Under the pieces are notes generated by a model. That model was not told the origin of the DNA. It searched no databases and saw nothing but the letters and a program-made list of their open reading frames with translations. The position numbers were made by a program, and so were the translations under genes. 38,819 bases of DNA, from positions 1 to 38,819 of IMG/VR virus record IMGVR_UViG_3300037424_001022. One strand, 5' to 3'. Below are positions 16,352 to 25,800 of this stretch, piece by piece; the first letter of the stretch is position 1; each line of letters begins with the position of its first letter. The stretch is from a virus (taxonomy: Duplodnaviria > Caudoviricetes).

Positions 16352-19215
16352 TGCCTGAATTTGAGATAAATGATTTTAAGGGAATTTATGCTGGAACTGT
16401 AAAACCACCGAAATCCGGTGCATCAGTTCTCAGGAACTTTGATTTGAGGAATCAAAGCGGAGTGCTGGAACAGCGTTACGGAAGTGGAAAGGCTTTCGAT
16501 AACAAACCCGCGGGAACTTCAATCAGTGCAATTACCTTTTTAGATGCTGAATGTTTTTATATTCCTGGTGTTGGAAGCGGACAGGAAATAACGGTTCAGG
16601 TTGCCAAAGGAACAATTACATCAGAAAGGATAACCGGATCACAATTTACACAGGCAATTTCTTTAATTTGGGCCAGCCACGTTTGGGATGGTTCAGCCTG
16701 GCAATCGAGAACACACACAGCTTATACCTGGAACTGGTTGAATGAAACTGTTTGCACACGATTAAATGCAGTTGATCCCGCTGTAGCCGGTGATAATTAT
16801 AAAATTGCTGTAGATATACTTGAAGATGGCAGGGCTGCAGCCGGTTACTTCAATGGATGGTATATTGCAAACGAGAGTGAGGGTGGAGTTCACAGGATTG
16901 TTGATTCTTATGTATGGAATGATGGTGTTAATAACAGGATAGCTTTCAAGCTGGATGCTAATGCTATTAACTGGAATCCTGCAACGCAAGGCAGATTGTA
17001 TATAATGAAGAATTACATTCCGGTAGCTAACCTTGTTTCTATGGGAGTTGCAGATCGGAACGATATTACTTTCTTAAAGATTCGGGATGAGATCAGGATT
17101 GCTTTTGGTGCTAAAGCCGATAGGATGGCACTGGCTGTAAGTTATCAAAAGAACTATCTGAATATCAAGGAATTTGATGTTGAGGCTTATTCATCTGCTT
17201 TAATTAGTGCATACTGCAAAACTGATGGCCTGATAGTTACTCCTTATTCCTTGTTGACAGATGAAGTTTCTTTGGAATTAACCCAGGTTGGCTCAGGAAC
17301 TTATCCGGCTGATACTCATTACGTAAAAGCTTCTGCAACTATGGTTTCGGGTGATGAAGTGCTGGTAACTCAGGAAACAAGTCTAAAAACAGTTTCAACT
17401 ACAGCATTATATGTAAATGCTTATTTGAAAGTAGCAACGCTGAATAGACTGGTAAATTCAATCAAATTTTACTACAGCAACGATACACTTCTCAAAGTAT
17501 TTTACTTGATTTTCAGTGATAAAGTAAGGAGTGAAAACCGAGAGGAAAAGTTCAAAGTTAATGTTGAAGGTAGAATGACACTGCTTGATTCTGCACTGGA
17601 AATACATGATCCAGGAACGGCCAGTGCTGCAGCACCGGTTTTAGTTGCTGATCCTGCCAGTGTTGGAGATTGGGAACTTTTAGGAATTCAGGCTGCTTTG
17701 ACAGCCGTTGCTGATGTTGGTGCTGGAAGTGTGAATGTGCTGGATATTGAAATGATTGAGGCAATGTATGGTAATATGTCTATTACTTATACTCCTGCAG
17801 GTGGGATGGTTGGATTGGCTTCCGATACACTTTATGATGCAAGTGTTTGGTTGAAAAGGGATGCAGGAACATTAGTTAGCGTCATGCATATATATTTTCA
17901 TAGCATTGAAACAGGTGAAGTTGGGCCGGTATCTGTTATTACTTTTGATGGAACATGGACTGAATATACTTTTCAAATCCGAACTCCCGATGTAGCTGAT
18001 GTTAGCAAATTAGTATTGTATGTATATTTTGGCAGAAATGCCCTTGGTGTTCTTCCAGTTGGTGAAACAGTGAGAATGGATAGATTGAGTATTAAAGCTT
18101 ACACACAGCACACTATTTCTGAACTTACGGCTTTACAAGCCGAAATGAATAGTGAATTTGGTTATACTCCTTCCCGAAATCTCATCAAGAGTTGGGACAC
18201 AGGATTAGTTACTGCAGGAAAAACCTTTGTAACGAATGTTTACATTGAAAAGCTTTACACAAATAAGATATTCTTTTCTGCCATTGGTGGTGCTGGTAAC
18301 CCAATGTATGATGTGCTGGTAGCCGGATTATTCTACGATGTTGAGAACTTTGATGGAAATGATGTAAAGAAAATTGAACTCCTGGCTAATGCTGATTTTC
18401 TACTTTTACAATCCCTGGCATCACAGAGGCTTGATCCTGATTCGGGTAGAACTGCAAATATTGGATTAAACAGCGGAACGGTTCAGCCCTTCGGTTCTGT
18501 TAATTTTGGTGATAAGATAATATTCCCAAGTAAATTTGATATAATGGCTACAGGTGGAAGTGGTGCTGTAGATATATCAGAAAACACAATCAGGGGATTA
18601 TATCGAGATTTATCGGATGCTGAAATAGCAAAGATGTGTGCTTCCAAGGATGTTTATGGAGGTGCTTATGTTCTGTATTCAGGTAGAGCATCAACCAAGG
18701 AAGAATATATTCTGACGAAAGCCGGATGGATTGAAAGACGTTTGGCCCAGGAACCACAAAGGTATTTTGTTGATAGAACCGGAGTTCTTAAATTTTTAAG
18801 CAATGGTGATATTTACGCAATAGGCAAGAGTTACACAAGTGGTGATAGTGCAGCTGCAATAGTCAGTCTTTGGGAATCAATTATATTTGATGCTGAGGCC
18901 ATGGGTGAATCAATAACCGCTGAAATGAAATTTGTTTTAACTGATTTCTTTGTAGAATACATTTCAAATGCTAATCTCACGTTTACAGTTTATTTGATGG
19001 ATAGTATTGCACCGGTTACACACGACACTCAGATAATCCCAAAATCCACGACTTATGGTAAATTTACATACAGACGGCCATTAAAACAGGCAGGGACTTG
19101 TAGCAGATTTAAGCTTTCGCTTAGTTACAGTGGCAATGGTGGGCCAAGTGAATGTTCAATCTATTCAGTAGGCATTGTTTACGATATAATCAAAGGGAAG
19201 CTTCATGCCCAATAG
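16351..19215 (+). CDS. Tail stabilisation/nozzle (muzzle) protein, P22 gp10/T7 gp12-like
   Basis: 954 aa, beta-rich. N-terminus 'EINDFKGI.......GASVLRNFD....GVLEQRYG' is typical of podovirus nozzle proteins. It follows the adaptor genes. Confidence 0.7.
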   Translation: MPEFEINDFKGIYAGTVKPPKSGASVLRNFDLRNQSGVLEQRYGSGKAFDNKPAGTSISAITFLDAECFYIPGVGSGQEITVQVAKGTITSERITGSQFTQAISLIWASHVWDGSAWQSRTHTAYTWNWLNETVCTRLNAVDPAVAGDNYKIAVDILEDGRAAAGYFNGWYIANESEGGVHRIVDSYVWNDGVNNRIAFKLDANAINWNPATQGRLYIMKNYIPVANLVSMGVADRNDITFLKIRDEIRIAFGAKADRMALAVSYQKNYLNIKEFDVEAYSSALISAYCKTDGLIVTPYSLLTDEVSLELTQVGSGTYPADTHYVKASATMVSGDEVLVTQETSLKTVSTTALYVNAYLKVATLNRLVNSIKFYYSNDTLLKVFYLIFSDKVRSENREEKFKVNVEGRMTLLDSALEIHDPGTASAAAPVLVADPASVGDWELLGIQAALTAVADVGAGSVNVLDIEMIEAMYGNMSITYTPAGGMVGLASDTLYDASVWLKRDAGTLVSVMHIYFHSIETGEVGPVSVITFDGTWTEYTFQIRTPDVADVSKLVLYVYFGRNALGVLPVGETVRMDRLSIKAYTQHTISELTALQAEMNSEFGYTPSRNLIKSWDTGLVTAGKTFVTNVYIEKLYTNKIFFSAIGGAGNPMYDVLVAGLFYDVENFDGNDVKKIELLANADFLLLQSLASQRLDPDSGRTANIGLNSGTVQPFGSVNFGDKIIFPSKFDIMATGGSGAVDISENTIRGLYRDLSDAEIAKMCASKDVYGGAYVLYSGRASTKEEYILTKAGWIERRLAQEPQRYFVDRTGVLKFLSNGDIYAIGKSYTSGDSAAAIVSLWESIIFDAEAMGESITAEMKFVLTDFFVEYISNANLTFTVYLMDSIAPVTHDTQIIPKSTTYGKFTYRRPLKQAGTCSRFKLSLSYSGNGGPSECSIYSVGIVYDIIKGKLHAQ

Positions 19216-19486
19216 GAATTTTAAAAGACTACCAGGGCAGAGATTTGAGACAGTTAATAAGCTGGATGATGAACTGGATAATGTTTATAAACAGTTAAAT
19301 TTATTCAGTGCTGAGGTAGTGGTTAGCGATACATCGAAAGATCTGTTTGAAATTCAGAAATATAACAAGCTGCTTAAAATTAACAAGGATACAGCAACAT
19401 TGGGTGATGTAATTGATTTTGTAGCCACGTTATCTATAAAACTCGGAGAATTGAAAGCAATAAAAGTGAAGGTTAAGGGTGATTAA
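19205..19486 (+). CDS. Small tail-associated helical protein
   Basis: Overlaps both neighbours; 'LDDELDNVYKQLN' recalls fibre-anchor helices. Confidence 0.55.
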   Translation: MPNRNFKRLPGQRFETVNKLDDELDNVYKQLNLFSAEVVVSDTSKDLFEIQKYNKLLKINKDTATLGDVIDFVATLSIKLGELKAIKVKVKGD

Positions 19487-20837
19487 GTCATTATTTTTCA
19501 TATTGATAATATCCGTTTCCTGTTTGGCTCAGGTTACTCATAAAACTATTGGCAATACTAAATTGGCCGATAAGATTATAATTATTACCAGTTTAAGCGG
19601 TCAGGCGGGTAAATACATTAAAGTTAATGCCGGAGGGACAGATCTTGAATTCGGGACAGTTTCGGGTGGACCAGGTGATACTACTCATTATGTTGCATTT
19701 TCAAAAGTTATCGGTTTGATAGATAGTTTACTGGAAAAAGCTGATATTACGCTATTAGCAAATTATTTACCGCTGAGTGTGTTTGATGATTCATTACTTT
19801 CATATATTGCTTTTAATCTTGGTGATGATGATTCGCTAGTAACCGGTGCAAGTGTTATTGAGTATTTAGCTGCACAAAATTATTTATCCGGTGATATGGA
19901 TGATATTCCCGATGGAACTACTTATGTTAAAACTGAAAACAATTATACTGATGCTGATGCAAGCAAATTAAGTGGTATTGCTGCGGGTGCTGAGGTTAAT
20001 GTAAATGCTGATTGGAATTCGGGTAGTGGAGATTCACAGATATTAAATAAACCTACATTAGGGACTGCCGCTGCCCAAAATGTAGAAGCGTTTGCTGCTG
20101 CTTTAGGTGCTGATGATAATTATGTAACTGACGCTGAAAAAATAGTAATTGGTAATACTTCCGGCACAAACTCAGGAGATAATGCAACCAATTCACAGTA
20201 TTCAGGTTTGGCAGCAAGTAAGCAAGATGTTCTTGTAAGCGGAACAAATATTAAAACCATAAACTCAACATCACTTTTGGGGAGTGGAGACATTGCGATA
20301 GGTGGATCGCCAACCGGAGTGTTTGATGATCTTCAAATATCAATTCTACAAGGTGATGGTAATTTAGCAGAAGCAAGCGGAGTTCAAACCTGGGCCGGAA
20401 GTGATAGAACTACTCAGGATGTTTTTACTGTAACTGCGAATACAACTTACATTGTTGAGGGACGGTATATTATTAACACAGGTGCAACTACACACACAAC
20501 TGCATTAGCCTGGTCAACTGGTGCGACAATAACAAGTTTTCAGTATGAAACTTTGTTATGGAGTGCTGCTGCAAATACAATAACAACGGCACAAAGCACA
20601 ACACACGTTACAGGAGTTGCTTCAAAGGTTATCAATGCAACTTCAACAGCAGTTTATACGAACATAAGATTCAAGGGAATTTTAGTAGTTGGTAGTGTTG
20701 CAGGTGGCAGCACAATAACTCCACAGATAAGTTTCTCAGCAAATCCAACCGGAACTTGTTTGATGAAAAGAGGAAGCTGGATTTCATTTACAAAAATTGG
20801 TAGTGATACTGATATTCTAAAAGGAGGATGGAATTGA
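19479..20837 (+). CDS. Tail fibre-like protein with N-terminal signal peptide
   Basis: GTG start. Signal MIKSLFFILIISVSCLA|QV; fibre motifs 'KLSGIAAGAEVNVNADWN..SGD.QILNKP', 'GNTSGTNSGD' and 'KQDVLVSGTNIKTINSTSLLGSGDI'. Confidence 0.8.
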   Translation: MIKSLFFILIISVSCLAQVTHKTIGNTKLADKIIIITSLSGQAGKYIKVNAGGTDLEFGTVSGGPGDTTHYVAFSKVIGLIDSLLEKADITLLANYLPLSVFDDSLLSYIAFNLGDDDSLVTGASVIEYLAAQNYLSGDMDDIPDGTTYVKTENNYTDADASKLSGIAAGAEVNVNADWNSGSGDSQILNKPTLGTAAAQNVEAFAAALGADDNYVTDAEKIVIGNTSGTNSGDNATNSQYSGLAASKQDVLVSGTNIKTINSTSLLGSGDIAIGGSPTGVFDDLQISILQGDGNLAEASGVQTWAGSDRTTQDVFTVTANTTYIVEGRYIINTGATTHTTALAWSTGATITSFQYETLLWSAAANTITTAQSTTHVTGVASKVINATSTAVYTNIRFKGILVVGSVAGGSTITPQISFSANPTGTCLMKRGSWISFTKIGSDTDILKGGWN

Positions 20838-21193
20838 TCAGACTATATAAACCCGAAGATTACGAGCAAGTAAAAGTTTATTGCAGCAAACACAATATTG
20901 CTTTACCTGTAAATTCTGCTATATTACTGGTAAGCTTTGATAAAAGTGGAACAATAAACGGTATTTGCGGATTGAGAACTGAATATTTTATTGAGCCATT
21001 GATTGCTGAAAATCCACAAGCAGCATATCAATTAGGTATTATGGTTGAGGGTTACGCTGTAGGCAGTGGAATCAAAACCATTCGGGCCGAAGTTCCAGGG
21101 GATAATGTAAAGCATTGTGATCAGCTTGAAAAGGCTGGATTTGTAATTGTAGATAAAAACAGAACAATAATGGAGAAAAACTATCATGGGTAA
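20828..21193 (+). CDS. GNAT-fold acetyltransferase-like protein
   Basis: 'IRLYKPEDYEQV', 'INGICGL' and 'LEKAGF'; sits between tail and ejection genes. Confidence 0.65.
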   Translation: MELIRLYKPEDYEQVKVYCSKHNIALPVNSAILLVSFDKSGTINGICGLRTEYFIEPLIAENPQAAYQLGIMVEGYAVGSGIKTIRAEVPGDNVKHCDQLEKAGFVIVDKNRTIMEKNYHG

Positions 21194-21740
21194 ATCACCG
21201 AGAGATGAAGCATTTGAAGGGTTGATGGCAGAATCATCCAAATTAAACCCGAATGTTCAAAATCTATTCGCGAACTACCAGGATCCGTATTCAGCGGAAT
21301 CCATACTCAGTTCTCTTGATCAATACACTAATAAGGCAATAGGTGATTTGACAAAAAGAACTGAAACCGGTATTAACAGGTCAAGAAGTGCTACAGCCAG
21401 CAGGCTCATGGGCCAAGGAGTAAAAGGTGGAAGCATATTTGAAGATTTGATGGCCGGTGCTGAAAACAGAGTAAGAGTTCCAGCCAGTGAGCAAGCTGGA
21501 AACCTGATGACAAAGAATTTGGGAATGAGACCTGGTGTATTAAACGATGCCAATACTCGGAAATTCCGTTCAACACTTGCAAATCAGGATGTTCTATTTA
21601 AGAATATGGCCAATGTATTCAATAAGTTTGGTTTGCGTGGAGGACTGGCAGGAAACCTTGACAATACAAATACCTGGGATGATATATTTGAGGGATTAAA
21701 TGCTGGTGCTAATGTAGTTGACGCAATAATTCCTGGTTAA
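21186..21740 (+). CDS. Internal virion/ejection protein (putative)
   Basis: GGAG SD. Helical, Gly/Ala/Asn-rich, with 'ASRLMGQGVKGGS'; lies upstream of the giant protein. Confidence 0.55.
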   Translation: MGKSPRDEAFEGLMAESSKLNPNVQNLFANYQDPYSAESILSSLDQYTNKAIGDLTKRTETGINRSRSATASRLMGQGVKGGSIFEDLMAGAENRVRVPASEQAGNLMTKNLGMRPGVLNDANTRKFRSTLANQDVLFKNMANVFNKFGLRGGLAGNLDNTNTWDDIFEGLNAGANVVDAIIPG

Positions 21741-21758
21741 AATTAAGGAGATTCAAAG

Positions 21759-22823
21759 ATGAGTGGATTTGCACAAGCCGTAAGACGATCAAACCGATTG
21801 GAACCCTTCAAGCGGGGATTGGAGAACTTTGTTAATAACCTGCAGCAAGAATCGGCATTGGATGAATTCTTAAAAGAGGTTGCCGGAACCAAAACTAAGG
21901 TAGGTTCAAGATTTGATTTACAGCCCAATGCTGAAAAGAATCAAATGATTAACAATACTGAAACCGATCCGTTTCTGCAATTTGGTAATCAATTCAGACG
22001 AGAAACTGCACTGAACAATATCAATGCAACCCCGAATACAGTAAATGATCCAAGGGCAAATCAAAAGGCAATGGGTGATATTGCTGAATTTGTTATGCAG
22101 GAAATAGGAAAGCGGAGGAATCTACCGGAAGGTTCATTTAATCAGGCTTTACAGGGATTGGATTTATTCAGGCAAAGTAAAACAACTCCCGAAAAGAAAC
22201 GGAATACTGTAAAGGTTAGAGAGGGTGAGAGTGTTTTTGATGTTGAAACAGGTAAAGAACTATTCGGCAGGAACAAAACTGAAAAACCACCGACAGTTGA
22301 AAGCAAGTTCAAGGGTATTAGTGCCAGGGGTTATTGGAGTGTTGAGCAGGATGATCAGGGAAATCCATCGTTAAAGTGGAATGATAATCCTAATTTCAAA
22401 CCAAGTTATGTAGGTGGAAAAGAGGATAATTTACCGGATTACAGCAAGCAATTAGGTGATTTGAATGAGGCTATCAGTAAAATCAAAATGATGAAGATGG
22501 CCAAACAGGATAAATCAACTGGATTATACAAGGTGGCAGATCCTAATTCTTTGGGCCAATACGATTTGACGGCTGAGGAATTGACAACGGCAAAGGAACA
22601 AGTTAAAAAACAGTATTCTAATGTTCCGATTACTATGATTACACAGCAAGGATTACAAAACGCTGTAGGTGATGTAAAGCAAATCTTATCCAAGAAAGGT
22701 GATGGCAAACCGAGCCTTGATGATTTGGATGATGCACTGCAGCAATTTAAGCAACTGAATCCGAATTACACAGATGAAGATATTCGATTATTGAATGATT
22801 ACTTCACTTTCTTTTTACTTTAA
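21759..22823 (+). CDS. Internal virion/ejection protein (putative)
   Basis: AAGGAG SD. Gln/Asn-rich and helical, with a 'VREGESVFDVETGKELF' hairpin of a kind seen in podovirus ejection proteins. Confidence 0.55.
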   Translation: MSGFAQAVRRSNRLEPFKRGLENFVNNLQQESALDEFLKEVAGTKTKVGSRFDLQPNAEKNQMINNTETDPFLQFGNQFRRETALNNINATPNTVNDPRANQKAMGDIAEFVMQEIGKRRNLPEGSFNQALQGLDLFRQSKTTPEKKRNTVKVREGESVFDVETGKELFGRNKTEKPPTVESKFKGISARGYWSVEQDDQGNPSLKWNDNPNFKPSYVGGKEDNLPDYSKQLGDLNEAISKIKMMKMAKQDKSTGLYKVADPNSLGQYDLTAEELTTAKEQVKKQYSNVPITMITQQGLQNAVGDVKQILSKKGDGKPSLDDLDDALQQFKQLNPNYTDEDIRLLNDYFTFFLL

Positions 22824-22829
22824 GGCAGT

Positions 22830-25800
22830 ATGGCAAAAGATAAAAGACCGAGACAGCGGGAAACTAATCAATCGGGGTTACAGGATTACCTAAATTCGCT
22901 TACCGTTCCCGAAACAGATACGGCACGTATTGAGGAGGAAACAGGCCTTAGCCGAGTTAAATTCCCCTGGGAGGATAAATATGTCAGACCTGCAGGAGAA
23001 ACCGATGCAGGAGTAAAGCCTGCAGCTTTACCCGATACACTGAAAGAAAGACAGCCATCCAGGTTTGAGGATTTATTCAAACCTACGACTACAGAAGCAA
23101 GCACACTAAAAACCCCTGGTGTTAATAAATTAGCTGTATCACCTGAGCAAGGTGCTGATGAAGAACTACCTGGCAGATTAAAGAATCTTTCTGAACTCAG
23201 GACTGAGATTGATGATAGACTGAAAACTATTGATAAAAGTAATGAGGGTGAGGTTACTGAATTCAATAAGCTGATAGATCTGTATGAAGGTCAACTGAAT
23301 CAACTGAAAACAAACTTTCCATTATTTAATCTTTCTCCTGATGTAGTTGAAAAAACTCTTACAAGCCGAATGCCCGATATGCAGCAAACCGAACTCAGGC
23401 CTTTGGATGAAAGTAACCTGGATGTTGATTTCAGTGTAATGCCTGGATTAAAAGTAAAAGGTAAGAAGCCATTAGGTGAAACCGAATTAAGTGATAATCA
23501 GAGGGCATATAATTACCAGTTACTGGTAAAAGCGATCAATAGGGATATTCCGATAAGTGAAGCTGAGAAACAATCTGATATTCGTGGCACTCAGTTAGGC
23601 AGGCTTGGAGGCAGTTTTGCACAGGGACTACTTTCAGTTCCCGAAGGAATAGCCGGAATGGGTGAGTATTTGGCTGATAGAACTGGTGTAAATGTGTTTA
23701 AGGAATTCTTTAAGGAAAAAGGTCAGGGATTACAGAATATAATTGAGGGTGTTGCACCCGCTGATCCAAACTTTGCTGAGGGTATTTCGTCGGGATTCGG
23801 TTCAATGATTACGTTCATGATACCCGCAACGGCACTTGCAAATATTGGAAGTTACGCGGGATTATCAGCGAGAGTTGCAAAATGGTTGGGTATTGGTGCT
23901 GCATCTATGTTGGAATCAATGACTGAGGCAGGAATAGTTTACAGGCAATCCAATGGTGATGCTGCAGCAACGGAAAAAACTTTCCTGGCTAATTTGCTGC
24001 TTATCACAGTTACAAACAAGTTTGGTATTTTGGGTGATCAGGCAGTAGGATTAAAGAAAGCTTTGCTGAGTATGCCAATGGAAGGACTGCAGGAAGGATT
24101 TCAAGAGATTATCAGCAATGCTTCACAAAACAAACCTATTCCCTGGAATGACGTATTATCATCCCTGGCAATCGGTGATATTGTGGGTGGTGCTACAGGA
24201 TTCGTTACTCCAAGTCAGCCAAATAGTTTTGAAGATTTATTCCCCCGACACGCTACAAGCCCAGCTACGCCAACTGAAACCCCACTGCAGCCCCCCAGTG
24301 GGGTTGAGGTTGGCAAGATTGGTGGTGATATAGCCGAGCAAACCAAAGATTTAATGAGTTTGGAAGAACTTGCACAAGAAAAAAAGATGGAGACTGAATT
24401 AAGCAAGCTGAAAGTAAAGTTTGAAGGTGTTGAAAAAGATGATCAGGGCAGGCAGTTTGTGTATTTTACTGATGAATCAATAAAACCAAAGACTGAAAAG
24501 GGTGAACAGGTTCCGGCTACATATCGGATACCGTTAGAAAAATATACTCCCGATGCTGTAAAAACTATGATAACAAGAGGGAGAGAGAAATTTGGAAAAG
24601 AAACAGGAGTTACAGAACCAGTTAAAGCTGCAGAGCCAATTAAGGAAACAGTTGCACCGATTGAAGAAATTAAAGCTGAAAAGGTGGAAGTTGCTGAAAT
24701 TCCTGCAAAGGTAGAGCCATCCAAAACCGAGGCTACAAGCTACAAGGATATGGATATTCCAACGTATATGGAATTAACGCCATCGGATATTGAGGATTTT
24801 GATTTACAAATATCTGAGGAAGAAACCAGGCAAACTGATTCACTTGATCGGGATATTAAGAATGTGCAGCAATCCCTTACAGAACTCAAAGGTAAAAAGG
24901 ATAAGAAAACCAGGGAACTAAAAACAGAACTCAATAAAAAACTTGATACACTGAAATCCGAAAAAAAGAAAATTCAATCCAAATACGAAAATGATTCGAT
25001 TGAATTTGGTTTGCAGTTGAGAGATTTCATCATTGATAAAGCCAAGAAAGAAGGAGTTAATTTACCGGAGGATGAACTATATGAGGTTGCTGATGATGTG
25101 TTTATGAAGCTGCAGCCACCTTTCACCGAAAAGACCTGGAAAGTTAAAGTTAGTAAGCTGATTGATGATAGTATTGCACAGTTCAAAGAAACCTTGGGAA
25201 CTGAAACCCCTGTAGAGCCTACGGCTGAGGATTTCAAAAAGATGAGTTATTATCAGTTTGCAAAGTGGTATTCTAAAAATGGTAGTGATCCACAGACACG
25301 AATGAGGGCTGGAAACTTAGAAATGGGTAGAACTGATGAATTTGTAAGTGCTGCTTTTAAAAATGCTCAAGAGGGTGGAGAAAAGCCAGTTATTAAAGAG
25401 CCTGCAGTGGAAGAATTACCAGGTGATATTGAGGATTTGATAGATAAATATGAGGGTAGATTTGAAGTTGAAAAAAGTAAAATTGGAAAGGGTTACAGAG
25501 TAGTTGATCAGCAAACCGGTGAAGTTGCAAGAATCGGTGGTGAATTAGATACGGCCCAAAAGCTTGATACTGCACTGGCAGAATACGTTAAGAAACATCC
25601 ACAAATGAAAGCCAAACCCGTAGAGACTATTCCGGTTAAAAGTAAAAAGGTTGAAGAATCGGAATTAAAGGTAGGAGATATTCTTGATCCACAGGGTAAA
25701 ACTAATATGGTTGGGAATGTAACTATAACAGAAATTTCTGGTAATACCATCAAGTTTACTGATTCAAAGGGAACTGACTATAGCGGGATGGCAAAATCAC

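Noticed and set aside
1060-24333. Other same-strand alternative-frame ORFs (1060, 4904, 5330, 8601, 12260, 16551, 24118)
   Set aside because: No convincing SD or promoter, shadow-frame composition, and they overlap structured domains, unlike the 26641-27066 pair.
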